Shown here: positions 10,017 through 19,658 of the stretch, piece by piece
Layout of the letters: each line of letters starts with the position of its first letter
How positions within the stretch are numbered: the first letter of the stretch is position 1
Source: Bdellovibrionota bacterium
GTDB lineage: Bacteria > Bdellovibrionota_C > UBA2361 > OMII01
DNA length: 54,731 bases
Direction of reading: 5' to 3'
Assembly (NCBI GenBank): GCA_044345405.1
Contig: JBIJBE010000023.1
Coordinates: 1-54,731, forward strand
Notes under the pieces: model-generated
What the model was told of the DNA's origin: nothing
Seen by the model: only the letters and a program-made list of their open reading frames with translations
The model's database searches: none
Program-made: the position numbers and the translations under genes

Positions 10017-11600
10017 ATGTGTAAGCGCCATCAGTATGTGACCATCGCCGTGCTTCTCATCTTTGCCATCGTCGAACGCGGAATATCAACGGCATGGGGG
10101 CTCGACAGCTGCGAGCTCGAGCGCCCCTCTCAAGTAGTGCGCTTCGAAAAGGGCTCATTCCCCTCCGGTTCCTTTCAAACTTCCGGCGGGTCAGATCCAT
10201 CCATTCTTCTTCGCTCCTCGTCAGATCTTGAGTCCCTGCGATTAGGCATAGGCGGGTCGATTACCCTACAATTCACCGTACCGATCGCAAACTACCCGGC
10301 CGCTGGAGCCTTGACTATCGAGCGTCCGACCGGAGCTGCTCCGTGCTCCTCGTATCCAGTGAGAGCCGAGGTATCGGGCTCCATCGATGGGGTGAACTTC
10401 ATCTCTCTCGGGAGCACATGCGAGACCGCTGCCTTTGACCTTGGGGCGTTTCCATGGATTGCCTACCTTCGGATCAAAGACGTTACCGATGCCTCCGATC
10501 CAAGGTTCGGAGCTACTCCTGTCTTAGGCTTCGACCTTCGAGCCGTTTCGGGGCCCGGATGTTTAAAGTACTCGCACTGCGCGGTAGCTCCGATAGCCGA
10601 TTCAGCCGCATCCGATAGATTGAACGCATATGCGTTATCGTTATCACACCTCGGAAACGACTTCGTCTTTGAAAAGCCAGCTTCGTTTGAGGAGTATGGA
10701 AACGGAAGCGCGAGACTCTCGGGAACCGCGCATCAAGTGGGCGACCCCTCAACGGTCTTCGATGTGACTATGAGCTTTAGCGGTAAGGTTCAGTCGCCCC
10801 CACCCCAAAGTCCGGTACTCGAGCTTAAACCATCCGCCTACACCGCGCGGGGAGGACCGGTAGATCCGTCGTCGTGGTACTACTATAAGCAGGCACGGGG
10901 AACCTTGATCGGAAAAGGTGCTCAGAGCGGAACCCGCATCTCGCTTGACGCAACCCTGCGTCCCTTGCAGGTAGGCGAAGGGGCAAATGGGAGAAATGCT
11001 TCCCTCGGAGCAAGTGGAAGTTTAACGTACTCCACGTCCTCATCGCCGAGCACCGCTGAGATAACGATCGACCTCACTTCGTGTTCGACAACACCTCCCT
11101 TCCCCACTCCCGATCCAACACCTACACCGGGAATCTACGCACCTACGTGCCAAAAGGAGGATATCTCCGACACGTTGGTCGCTCTCGACAGCAACCTTCG
11201 GGGTCGAGTTACCATTATTAACCGAGCCACTCGCCTTCTCCTACAAAACCGACGATCGGGGTCCAACGTTCGATTCACAACCGAAGCGAGAGCAAAAGCC
11301 CACAATCTTTATTCGCGAGCGTGGAGTGATGTCTGGAAACAGGACCGCACGATCCTGACATGCGCTCCCTCAACCCTCTGCTTCGATGTTCACCTCGAAC
11401 CGTCACAGGCGGCACTCGCGGCATCAGCGGAAGCGCTGGACACTACGGTCAAAAGAGCACTCAAAATCATTGAGAAGAGGGTCTCCTCCCGCAAAGCGAA
11501 GCAGGAAATTAGGAATTTCCACAGAAAACATACGATCCAACGACAACGGTTCATCGAGAAGCTTGCGACCTTACCGGGTCACTCAATGCGGTGCCGATGA
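10017..11600 (+). CDS. Secreted multidomain surface protein (beta-rich domains, PT linker, Cys-containing helical C-terminal domain)
   Basis: N-terminal hydrophobic segment; LGIGGSITLQF...SIDG..F...FDL...GFDL pattern; PTPDPTPTP linker. Start uncertain (ORF track gives 9954). Confidence 0.65.
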   Translation: MCKRHQYVTIAVLLIFAIVERGISTAWGLDSCELERPSQVVRFEKGSFPSGSFQTSGGSDPSILLRSSSDLESLRLGIGGSITLQFTVPIANYPAAGALTIERPTGAAPCSSYPVRAEVSGSIDGVNFISLGSTCETAAFDLGAFPWIAYLRIKDVTDASDPRFGATPVLGFDLRAVSGPGCLKYSHCAVAPIADSAASDRLNAYALSLSHLGNDFVFEKPASFEEYGNGSARLSGTAHQVGDPSTVFDVTMSFSGKVQSPPPQSPVLELKPSAYTARGGPVDPSSWYYYKQARGTLIGKGAQSGTRISLDATLRPLQVGEGANGRNASLGASGSLTYSTSSSPSTAEITIDLTSCSTTPPFPTPDPTPTPGIYAPTCQKEDISDTLVALDSNLRGRVTIINRATRLLLQNRRSGSNVRFTTEARAKAHNLYSRAWSDVWKQDRTILTCAPSTLCFDVHLEPSQAALAASAEALDTTVKRALKIIEKRVSSRKAKQEIRNFHRKHTIQRQRFIEKLATLPGHSMRCR

Positions 11601-11842
11601 AAGCGCACCGACGAGCTCCCAAAACTCCCAAGCACTAGACAAGCGATACTGTGTAAATGGTGTCGATAGCTCAAGGAAACGCAAGCATGTGGCGGCTGTT
11701 TCGAGTCGTCTGAGGCGACCTATGTGAAGAGGATTGAAGGCACGCTTTTCAACTAAAAGTATACTTTATACCCTCCACGAAGTTTAGTCGGCCCCTCCGT
11801 GGTACTTTGGGCGTGTCCGCGTCTAGGTAGAAAAGAGGTCGT

Positions 11843-12271
11843 ATGACTCAGCCTGAACCACAAAGAAAACCGGAGCAACCAAAGCCACCTCACAAGCCGG
11901 CGGAGGCCCCTTTCGATCAGATATGGGTCAACATCTCGGTACCACGGTGTGACGAAAGCTTTCGGCAACGGGAGACACCTCAACCGCAGACCTCACCGAA
12001 GAGGTACGACCCTCTCGATAAACTCGCTACGCAGCTCTTTGAGCTTGGATTAGACGTGCGAAGGAATGCATTCGTTGAAGAACGCATGTGGGAGATAGTG
12101 GCGAAGGAGCCCTCTCATCCACATAAAGAAGTTCGTATAAATCTCGGGGATCGAGTTACCAGTGAGCGCACAGAGAGCCTCCTCGTCATGCATGTTCGGC
12201 TCGAAGCTCTCGCAAGAGACTGTGAAGCTGCGTTCGTGCAGGCGAAGGAATTTATGAGAGGCAACGATTAA
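11843..12271 (+). CDS. Hypothetical protein with Pro/Gln-rich N-terminus
   Basis: GAGG RBS, ATG start, co-oriented with the downstream ATPase. Confidence 0.55.
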   Translation: MTQPEPQRKPEQPKPPHKPAEAPFDQIWVNISVPRCDESFRQRETPQPQTSPKRYDPLDKLATQLFELGLDVRRNAFVEERMWEIVAKEPSHPHKEVRINLGDRVTSERTESLLVMHVRLEALARDCEAAFVQAKEFMRGND

Positions 12272-12324
12272 AGCTACGACCACACAACCTTGATGGTAAA
12301 GTCGTGACTGACAGGACTTTGTGT

Positions 12325-13866
12325 ATGGTACACGGACCAGGAGCAGAGGGCGAAAGAAAGCCGCTAACAGCGGAGTTGACCCACGAGTCATTCGGCGGAG
12401 GGCGGGGTGCGCCTGCGCCCAACGGAGGGGTTGCCCCATCTCCTCGAAGAGTGCCTGATTGGTCGAAACCGATCGATGCATCTCTTAAGCAGGTCGAGGT
12501 CAAGCTTCCCGTCGAAGCTTGGACTCGGTGTATACAAAACCTTCAGGACCGAACAATACATGGGTCCGCCTCCGTATCCTTCACCTCACAGGCATCATCC
12601 TTGGGGCCCGTTTCGGGAGCCCTCGGAGTTGACGTGCGTCTAAGCGCGTCGGAAGGTCTCTATTTCTTTTGGGATTTTAAGGTCTCGGTAAACGGGGAGT
12701 CACTGGACTATCACGGGGCCGATAGAAAGGTGGCGCAAGGTACCATACTCCGTGTTCACGGCGACCAGAAAGCATCCGGAATCATCGCGGCCATGGTTCG
12801 AAATGCCTATCCCTCCGGGGCCCTCAACTGCTCACCGTCAATCCCACGTGAGACCATCAAGGATGAAATTGAAGGCCTCCAGCGAGCGTGCGAAGCCTAC
12901 TTCGATACCCTACTCCAGTACCTCGACATCTCAGATGAGAAGGTATCGCTTCTCATCTCTCCACGAGAACCGCGCCAGCTCGTTCAGGGCCACGGCGGGT
13001 CAGGGAGCGCACCGCTCTTAGCCTCGTCCAGCGCTCAGCAACGGGTAGAGAGTTTGCTTCAAAAATCCGACGTCTCCTTGTCCGACATCGGCGGCTATGA
13101 CCATGTTAAACGAGAGATAGAGCGGCTCATCAGACTCTTTACTCATGAGAAGCACTACGACAGCTTCCTCGTCAAACCACCACGAGGGATCCTTTTCGCG
13201 GGCCCTCCCGGCACGGGGAAGACGATGTTCGCGAAGGCGATGTGTAACGAGCTGGGAGTTAATTTTTACCACGTCTCAACCTCCGATGTTCTCAATGCCT
13301 ACTACGGAGAGTCTGAAAAACGACTGGCGGAGATCTTCGATACTGTGGAAACCCCGTGCGTGATCTTTGTCGATGAGCTTGAAGCGCTCGCAGCGAAGCG
13401 GGATCACGCCAGCGAGCCATCGCGAAGGGTTCTTACCGAGTTACTACGAAAGCTAGACGGCATGGCGAGCAGAGAAGGGATCATCTTTCTAGGGGCCACG
13501 AACAAATTGGAGATGCTCGATCCCGCTATTACCCGTGCCGGTCGACTCGATCGTACGATCGTGATCGACAAGCCTGATACAGAAGCGCGGGAGCAGATCT
13601 TTAAGGTGTGTATCGAACGCCACATGAAGGGAACAGCCCCGGAACTCAAATGGCTAGATTCTTTAGACGCTACGGCATTAGCCCGCGCTTCAGAAGGTCT
13701 TGTAGGCGCCGATATTCAGGAGGTTATTCGAAGAATCGTATTCACCATGGCGGACGAACGACTCCTTCATCCTGAGGGAGAGTGGCGCCCCAATACCGCT
13801 CACGCATGCAGTGTTATCGACCAATACCATGCGGAGCTGGAATTGAAGAAAGGGAAAGAGCGCTAG
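12325..13866 (+). CDS. Classical-clade AAA+ ATPase (single module, Cdc48/FtsH-like) with unknown N-terminal domain
   Basis: DIGGY, Walker A GPPGTGKT, Walker B IFVDELE, SRH GATN...LDPAITRAGRLD. No transmembrane or HExxH protease domain. Confidence 0.88.
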   Translation: MVHGPGAEGERKPLTAELTHESFGGGRGAPAPNGGVAPSPRRVPDWSKPIDASLKQVEVKLPVEAWTRCIQNLQDRTIHGSASVSFTSQASSLGPVSGALGVDVRLSASEGLYFFWDFKVSVNGESLDYHGADRKVAQGTILRVHGDQKASGIIAAMVRNAYPSGALNCSPSIPRETIKDEIEGLQRACEAYFDTLLQYLDISDEKVSLLISPREPRQLVQGHGGSGSAPLLASSSAQQRVESLLQKSDVSLSDIGGYDHVKREIERLIRLFTHEKHYDSFLVKPPRGILFAGPPGTGKTMFAKAMCNELGVNFYHVSTSDVLNAYYGESEKRLAEIFDTVETPCVIFVDELEALAAKRDHASEPSRRVLTELLRKLDGMASREGIIFLGATNKLEMLDPAITRAGRLDRTIVIDKPDTEAREQIFKVCIERHMKGTAPELKWLDSLDATALARASEGLVGADIQEVIRRIVFTMADERLLHPEGEWRPNTAHACSVIDQYHAELELKKGKER

Positions 13867-14885
13867 GCGCTGGCGACCTTCTTCGACTCTCCAAAGGTCT
13901 TATGCATCGCCCCAGCGATCGAACATGAAGGATGATACCCAAAGTCCCTCTTCGCCGCGGCGATGTTGAAGTAGTGATGGGTGGACATCTCAGAGACTAA
14001 GAAACGGGTCAGGAGGGGCTTCATCTGCACCCCCACAAGGGAGAGCGTGTTAGCGACCACCTCCATAATTGAGGCCATCCCATACGCGAGCGGTGTCGGG
14101 ATCGATTTCTGGACAGGAGGAAGCCCGTGAGCCGCCAACACCTCATCGATCCATCGCCACATCTTCACCGGGTCACCCTGACTGATGAAGTAAGCCTTTC
14201 CGCCCGCATTCTGTGGCGTACTCTCGAGCGCTTTCATGGCGAGGATATGCGCATTCACGCAATCATCTATAAAGGTGAGGTCAACGAGGTTCCCTCCTGA
14301 GCCGATTCGGGTGAGGCGTCCGATCTTCGCTCGTTCGACGACCGTTGGAATAAGATTGGTGTCGTTTGGCCCCCAGATGAGGTGAGGCCGAAGGGCTACC
14401 GTCCGCAAACCTCCCTGACGATCAGCGGCGAGAACCTCCTGCTCAGCTTTGGCCTTCGTCTCTGGATAGTAGGCGTGGTAGTGCTTCGGATACGGGGTCG
14501 ATTCATCGACGTTAACCAGGTCTTTTCCGGTATGGATGACACTCGGAGAGCTGGTGAAGACAAGGCTCTTTATCCCCGAGCGCTGGCATCCCATCAGGAT
14601 ATTGCGGGTTCCAAGAACGTTCGTTCGGTAGAAACCTTGATAGTCACCCCACATGTCGACCTTAGCGGCGGTGTGGAAGACACCATCGATCCCCTCAAAG
14701 AGTGCGGCCCAGCTCTCCATGTTGGAGCCGATATCGATCTGCTTGGTGTGTACCCCTATCGCCTCAAGGTCAGGATACCGACCACGGGACAAACTCACGA
14801 CCTCATGTCCCTGTCGCCTGAGCTCCTTACAGAGAGCCTTGCCGACGAATCCACCGCCACCGGTGACGAGGTATCTTTTTGCCAT
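13863..14885 (-). CDS. oleD: OleD, 2-alkyl-3-oxoalkanoate reductase (3-beta-HSD-like SDR)
   Basis: TGGGGFVG, HTAAKV, TSSPSV, YPETK (YxxxK), LRPHLIWGP; last gene of the ole operon. Confidence 0.88.
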   Translation of the reverse strand: MAKRYLVTGGGGFVGKALCKELRRQGHEVVSLSRGRYPDLEAIGVHTKQIDIGSNMESWAALFEGIDGVFHTAAKVDMWGDYQGFYRTNVLGTRNILMGCQRSGIKSLVFTSSPSVIHTGKDLVNVDESTPYPKHYHAYYPETKAKAEQEVLAADRQGGLRTVALRPHLIWGPNDTNLIPTVVERAKIGRLTRIGSGGNLVDLTFIDDCVNAHILAMKALESTPQNAGGKAYFISQGDPVKMWRWIDEVLAAHGLPPVQKSIPTPLAYGMASIMEVVANTLSLVGVQMKPLLTRFLVSEMSTHHYFNIAAAKRDFGYHPSCSIAGAMHKTFGESKKVASA

Positions 14886-14891
14886 AGGTTA

Positions 14892-17504
14892 TTACGCCGC
14901 TCGTTGAGCTTGGAGGAGCTTATCAGCCCAATCTCCCAATCGATCACGGAATATCTTGGCGTTATGCCGAGGGTCAACCGGGAAAGATTTATGGAAGAAG
15001 AAATGTTTAATATCGCGGGTCAACGGAGAGTTCGCCGCGCACGCCTTCAGCTCGTTGAGGAAGGTCTCTTGGTCCTTCTCGTTTTCGGGCCAGAACTGCG
15101 GGAAGGGCTCTACGACGATAGCGGGCTCACGGTATCCCTTGATGCCTACGAGGGCGGAGCGTCGAACCTTCGGCATTGTGTTGAAGAGCTCCTCAAGGGG
15201 AACGCTGTGAAACACACCGTGGTCCGTGTAGATCGAGTGAGACTTCCGTCCGCAGTAGTAGAGATACCCTTCGCTATCGAGATATCCAACATCGCCCATG
15301 CGGTGCCAGAACAACTCACCATCAAGGATCTTGCCGGCCTTATTTGCGTCAGGTCGGTGGAGGTACTCAGGACTAACCCCCGGCCCCTGCACGAGAACCT
15401 CACCGATCTCACCAACCGGAAGCGTTTCGCACTCCTCGACAGAACGGATCGGATCGTTCGTTGGTCGGATAATTCGTACGGAGACACCGCGAACGGGCTT
15501 TCCAACGGGGGTTCCCCTCTCGCCGGTGACGGCTGGGACCCACGCGTGGTTCGTAAGCTCGGTGGCGGTAATATAGGTCACAGGGAGAGCCTCCGTCGCT
15601 CCATACGGCGTCGAGGCCTCGCCATTTGGAATAGCGCGCTTCACGAGAGCAAGGGTAGATGCTGGCACCGAGGCACCCGCCATAAACACCCGCTTGATAG
15701 ACGGCAACGTGGTTCCCACGCGAAGGGTGTACTCAGCGATCTTGTGCCACAACGTTGGAGATCCGAACGAGGACTCGATACCGAGGTCACTTACAAGCTT
15801 AACGACCTGAGCTGGGTCGAGCGCGAGCGGTTTACCCGCTGGCATCGTTGGGAAGACACTCGCCACACCGAGTCCGATATTGAAGAGCGAGAATACCGGC
15901 AACAAGGTGAGGTCTCGAACGCCCCCCTCTTGGCCGAGGACATCACGGATCGTGCGAAGCTGCTCGGCGAGCATGGCGTTCGTGTAGATGACACCCTTTG
16001 GTGTTCCTGTAGCGCCTGAGGTGAACGCGATAAGGGCGCAATCCTCGGCTTTGAGGCGATCATCTTTACGTAAGATCGGCAGCGGTACCGGACTGAGCGG
16101 CGCATTCGCGAACCGTTTGAAGTACCCCAGTGAGTGTCCACGGGTGAACGCCCACTCAGAAGCGGTCACGTGGAACTTGATGCGGTGGAAGAGCGATCGC
16201 TTGAGGAGTCGCAAGAGGTGCGCGCGAGGCGAACCGATGAAGGCATCGGGATTAGCGTCCTGGATGCAGCGCGAAAGGCGCTCAAGGCCCATGCCGGGAT
16301 CAAGGAATACCGGAGTAGCGCCCCGTCCCATCACCGCAACGCTCAACGCGAGAAAGTCAGTGCCTGGGGACACAAGCATAAGCACGCGATCACCTGGCAC
16401 GAGTCCAAGATCGCCTAATCCACGTTGGTACTGATTGATGAGCTTCGCGAGGTCCCCGTACGTTGTATGCGCGTAGTGCAACGCGCTCCCATTGATAGGA
16501 TCTCGAACCCATCGAGGAGTGATCACCGCCGAGAGGTTTGGCGCCGCTTCCGCGATGCGCATCACCTGGTCGTAAATAATGTGAACGCTACCCTGCTCTC
16601 GGCCCTCAACGCTCGCCGGGGCCTCGGTCTTTTCCACCTCAGTAGTTGGGCGGGAGAGGAACTCAACAATCGCTGGAATCGCGACCTTCGGGGCGTCATC
16701 GAGCACAAGGTGCGAAGCGTCAGGGATCTCAAGTAGCTCAGCCTTTGGGAAGTGAGCGGCGACCTTGCTCAACATCTCTCGATGGAAACACGGATCTTGC
16801 AATCCCCATACGATCTTAACTGGCTTTTCAGCGACCTTCGGAAGGCCCGCCGCGATATCAACCATCTGCTGATAGGTTGGGTGCGACGCGTCGAACGGGA
16901 TGTCGTCAACGAAATCCCAGATCGCGTCGCGACGTTGGCGGGTTGTGTACGGAGCGCGGTAGCCGTCTTTCACCTCAGGGGTGAGTTTGGTGTGAGCGCC
17001 CATTCCCATCGCCGTTGTTAAACGAACGAAGGTGTCGGTGTGACGGGTGAAGAGCTTGCCGATGACTGGGGTCGCCGCGAGCTTAATAAAGCCAGGAAGC
17101 GCCTCGGTCTCGGTCAACGTGGTGTTGAGGTACACGATGCGGTCAACCTTATCGAGGCGACGGAGCATGAAGCCCGTCCCCAGCGGACCACCCCAATCGT
17201 GCATTACGATAGAGAAGCGATCGATACCAAGGGTTTCAACGAACTCCTCAAGTTGATTAATGCGGTCGATCGCTTTGAACTTCGTTCCAGGAGTACGGTC
17301 GGACAATCCGCACCCGAGGAAATCAGGGGCGATGACACGAAACGATGTGCGAAGCTCACGGATAAGGTTACGGTAGAAGTAACACCAGGTCGGGTTGCCA
17401 TGGAGACAGAGCACAACGGGGCCGGTGCCCTCATCAACGTAGTGCATCTTGTGACCAGCGACGGTCACAAAACGCGATTGAAATGGCAGCACCTGAACTG
17501 ACAC
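14892..17504 (-). CDS. oleBC: Fused OleB (haloalkane-dehalogenase-like beta-lactone decarboxylase) and OleC (beta-lactone synthetase)
   Basis: N-terminal HGNPTW, HDWGG, WGLQDPCF, SHLV; C-terminal FTSGATGTPKG, PYGATEALPV, WHRMGD and FPVDPRHNAKIFR. Confidence 0.9.
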   Translation of the reverse strand: MSVQVLPFQSRFVTVAGHKMHYVDEGTGPVVLCLHGNPTWCYFYRNLIRELRTSFRVIAPDFLGCGLSDRTPGTKFKAIDRINQLEEFVETLGIDRFSIVMHDWGGPLGTGFMLRRLDKVDRIVYLNTTLTETEALPGFIKLAATPVIGKLFTRHTDTFVRLTTAMGMGAHTKLTPEVKDGYRAPYTTRQRRDAIWDFVDDIPFDASHPTYQQMVDIAAGLPKVAEKPVKIVWGLQDPCFHREMLSKVAAHFPKAELLEIPDASHLVLDDAPKVAIPAIVEFLSRPTTEVEKTEAPASVEGREQGSVHIIYDQVMRIAEAAPNLSAVITPRWVRDPINGSALHYAHTTYGDLAKLINQYQRGLGDLGLVPGDRVLMLVSPGTDFLALSVAVMGRGATPVFLDPGMGLERLSRCIQDANPDAFIGSPRAHLLRLLKRSLFHRIKFHVTASEWAFTRGHSLGYFKRFANAPLSPVPLPILRKDDRLKAEDCALIAFTSGATGTPKGVIYTNAMLAEQLRTIRDVLGQEGGVRDLTLLPVFSLFNIGLGVASVFPTMPAGKPLALDPAQVVKLVSDLGIESSFGSPTLWHKIAEYTLRVGTTLPSIKRVFMAGASVPASTLALVKRAIPNGEASTPYGATEALPVTYITATELTNHAWVPAVTGERGTPVGKPVRGVSVRIIRPTNDPIRSVEECETLPVGEIGEVLVQGPGVSPEYLHRPDANKAGKILDGELFWHRMGDVGYLDSEGYLYYCGRKSHSIYTDHGVFHSVPLEELFNTMPKVRRSALVGIKGYREPAIVVEPFPQFWPENEKDQETFLNELKACAANSPLTRDIKHFFFHKSFPVDPRHNAKIFRDRLGDWADKLLQAQRAA

Positions 17505-17557
17505 GAGCTACTCCCCCGTACGAAAGCCTAACTGTTGTGAGAGCCGCGTGGCTCGCC

Positions 17558-18619
17558 TTACCATTGAATGCCGAGGAAGAGAGAGTTCAGACCTGAGCCG
17601 AAGCCGGTCATCATGATCTTGTCTCCCTTCTTAACGCCCTTCTGCTCGATACCGATGGCGGTCGCCGTTGGGCACGCGGCGGAAACGAGATTTCCACGAT
17701 TCTGGTAGATCGTGAACTCCTTGGTGTGATCAAGTCCGAGGGTATTGTAGAACGCCTCGTTTACCTGTCGTCCAACCTGATGGCAGAAGATGTGATCGAC
17801 ATCATCCTTTGTCCACTCAAGAGCCTCAGACGCGTCTTTCCACGTACGTTGACCGAGAACCGCCGCGGCGGCGATCAACTTCGAGGACTCCGTCTCCATT
17901 ACTGGACCGAGTGGAGGACCATCAACGAGGTGGTAATCGGTGTTTCCAACACAGAGGTCACAATGCTCGGTCGCGGAACGGGTGGCGCCACCAAGGATCT
18001 TGTGTCCGGTCTTGGAGATGCTCTCGTGGGTGAGAACGTACGCCACAGCGCCCGAACCGATGGTGAAAGTTGGAAGTAACCGGAGGAGCTTATCGCGAGG
18101 GAGATCCTTTCCTTCAAGGATGTTCTTGAAGGCGTTATCGAGGATGACGCGTGTGTGCTCAGCCGAAACAACAACACCAGCTTTCACAATTCCGGATTCG
18201 ATCAACTGACCGAGGAAGTAGAGACCATCCATGAATCCGAGACACGCGTTGCTGATATCAAGCGCGATGCCGTCCTCTGGAAGCGCGAGGTTACGGTGAA
18301 TGAGACAGCCCGTCGCTGGCTCGAAGAAGTCACGGGTAACGGAGCAGCTGAAGAGCGCGCGAATATCTTTGTCAGCGAGTCCTGAGTTGTCGATCGCTTG
18401 ACGTACAACGTTGGTGCCGAGACCACTTGGTCGCTCACTCGCGTCCCACAAACGGCGGGAACCGATTCCGGTGAGTCGCTCAAGCGTTCCGAATGGGATG
18501 CCGAGTTGTTGGTAAACGCCGGAGAGCTTGTCCTCGATCTCAGCGGAGCTCACCTCAGTCGGAGGGGTTGAGATTGCGTAAGACTCTAAACAAACATGCT
18601 TGAAACGAAATGCGACCAT
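17558..18619 (-). CDS. oleA: OleA, thiolase-fold head-to-head acyl-CoA condensing enzyme
   Basis: EPATG (catalytic Glu), NACLGF (Cys), HQVG (His), GN, GFGSGLN. The ATG at 18619 (MVAFRFKHVCLES) is more plausible than 18706. Confidence 0.9.
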   Translation of the reverse strand: MVAFRFKHVCLESYAISTPPTEVSSAEIEDKLSGVYQQLGIPFGTLERLTGIGSRRLWDASERPSGLGTNVVRQAIDNSGLADKDIRALFSCSVTRDFFEPATGCLIHRNLALPEDGIALDISNACLGFMDGLYFLGQLIESGIVKAGVVVSAEHTRVILDNAFKNILEGKDLPRDKLLRLLPTFTIGSGAVAYVLTHESISKTGHKILGGATRSATEHCDLCVGNTDYHLVDGPPLGPVMETESSKLIAAAAVLGQRTWKDASEALEWTKDDVDHIFCHQVGRQVNEAFYNTLGLDHTKEFTIYQNRGNLVSAACPTATAIGIEQKGVKKGDKIMMTGFGSGLNSLFLGIQW

Positions 18620-18851
18620 AGCTGAACTCTCATCACCGCGGAACGACCGATAAAGTGTGGCTGGAATACCACATCCGGGGATTGGGAACAAATATTCGTA
18701 CCCCAACTAGTGGGGGTGCTGGGGATGTGGAGGGAGGGAGGGGGGTGGCCCCTACAGACCCGGAACCTGGGGCGGCATATTTGAGGGGGTTACGAGGTTG
18801 AATTGGGTTGTATCAGGGGGTTGGGGCCACACCTTTGCAACCCGTGACCTG

Positions 18852-18943
18852 GGAGGGCGCGCATTCCTGCGCGCCACGTCCTCGGGGTAGGCGGGGGATT
18901 TCCCGACGCGTAACGTTTAGGCGACCAGGAATGGTCGCCCTCC
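18852..18943. repeat. REPIN: inverted pair of 24-nt GGAG-headed REP hairpins
   Basis: GGAG-GGCGCGCA-TTCC-TGCGCGCC at 18852-18875 (+) and GGAG-GGCGACCA-TTCC-TGGTCGCC at 18920-18943 (-). Confidence 0.88.
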
Positions 18944-18984
18944 GGACTTTGCGACCCGTGACCAGATCTCGTTCCCCCAAAAAC

Positions 18985-19023
18985 AAAAAAGGCCCCCGCC
19001 CCACACCAGTGGGCCGAGGGCCT
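18985..19023 (-). terminator. Intrinsic terminator of the 19045-19494 gene
   Basis: Minus strand AGGCCCTCGGCCCAC-TGGT-GTGGGGCGGGGGCC followed by a T tract. Confidence 0.75.
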
Positions 19024-19044
19024 ATACTAACAAGGCTAGGTCAC

Positions 19045-19494
19045 TTAGGATCGCAGAAGGCGTTCGACGGTCGCGAGACTCAGCTTCTCAGCCTGCGCCT
19101 CGGTAGCCGATTGGTCGTTATCGACGATCCGCTGTCTCAACTCCTCCGCCAGCCGAACGGCTGCCTCTACCTCCTTAACCGATGCCGCGGAAGCGCCTAT
19201 ATTCGCTTCTAGAATCTCCCGCGATGCGTCAGAAAGTGAGTAGAGGGTAAGCGCTGATGTCTCATTGTCATCGACAGCGTCTTCAAGCCTCGCGAGCCTA
19301 GGATCTGATATCGGATCTCTCCGCGGAGAGCTCTTCGACACCTGAACCTGATTAAAGATGCTGCCCCTCGGAGACCCTGCCGAGGAACGTTTACTGGGTG
19401 GATCGGCTCTGGAACTCCCTGCTTTTTGAGAGGAAAGCCTCTTAAACGCAGGGGAGCGGCGAGCCGCGGATGGGTCAAAGTCATAATCGCCCAT
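19045..19494 (-). CDS. Small protein whose C-terminus resembles the flagellin C-terminal (D0) helical region
   Basis: EANIGASAASVKEVEAAVRLAEELRQRIVDNDQSATEAQAEKLSLATVERLLRS aligns by eye to flagellin ENLxAAxSRIRDxDxA...IL.Q...A.LAQAN....V.xLLR. GAGG RBS and own terminator. Confidence 0.6.
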   Translation of the reverse strand: MGDYDFDPSAARRSPAFKRLSSQKAGSSRADPPSKRSSAGSPRGSIFNQVQVSKSSPRRDPISDPRLARLEDAVDDNETSALTLYSLSDASREILEANIGASAASVKEVEAAVRLAEELRQRIVDNDQSATEAQAEKLSLATVERLLRS

Positions 19495-19658
19495 GATACA
19501 ACCTCACTGTCGCCGTGGAGATTTGAGCTTACTCGCCCAAAGAGCTTCACGTCCTACTTTACCTTGGAGAGCCCCTGGACACCGGCACCGACGAACGAAT
19601 CGAAAGACCCTTCCGGGAGAGCTCCAACGTGTGACCACATTCTTACCTGCACTGATAG

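Noticed and set aside
14382-16019. 545-aa + strand ORF
   Set aside because: Antisense shadow of oleBC/oleD with no motifs; the same applies to the many short antisense ORFs over gdhB, the GT genes and pheST.
18620-19212. N-terminal extension of OleA and ORFs 18808-19212 and 18813-19004
   Set aside because: They cover low-complexity, REPIN and terminator DNA; OleA similarity begins at 18619.
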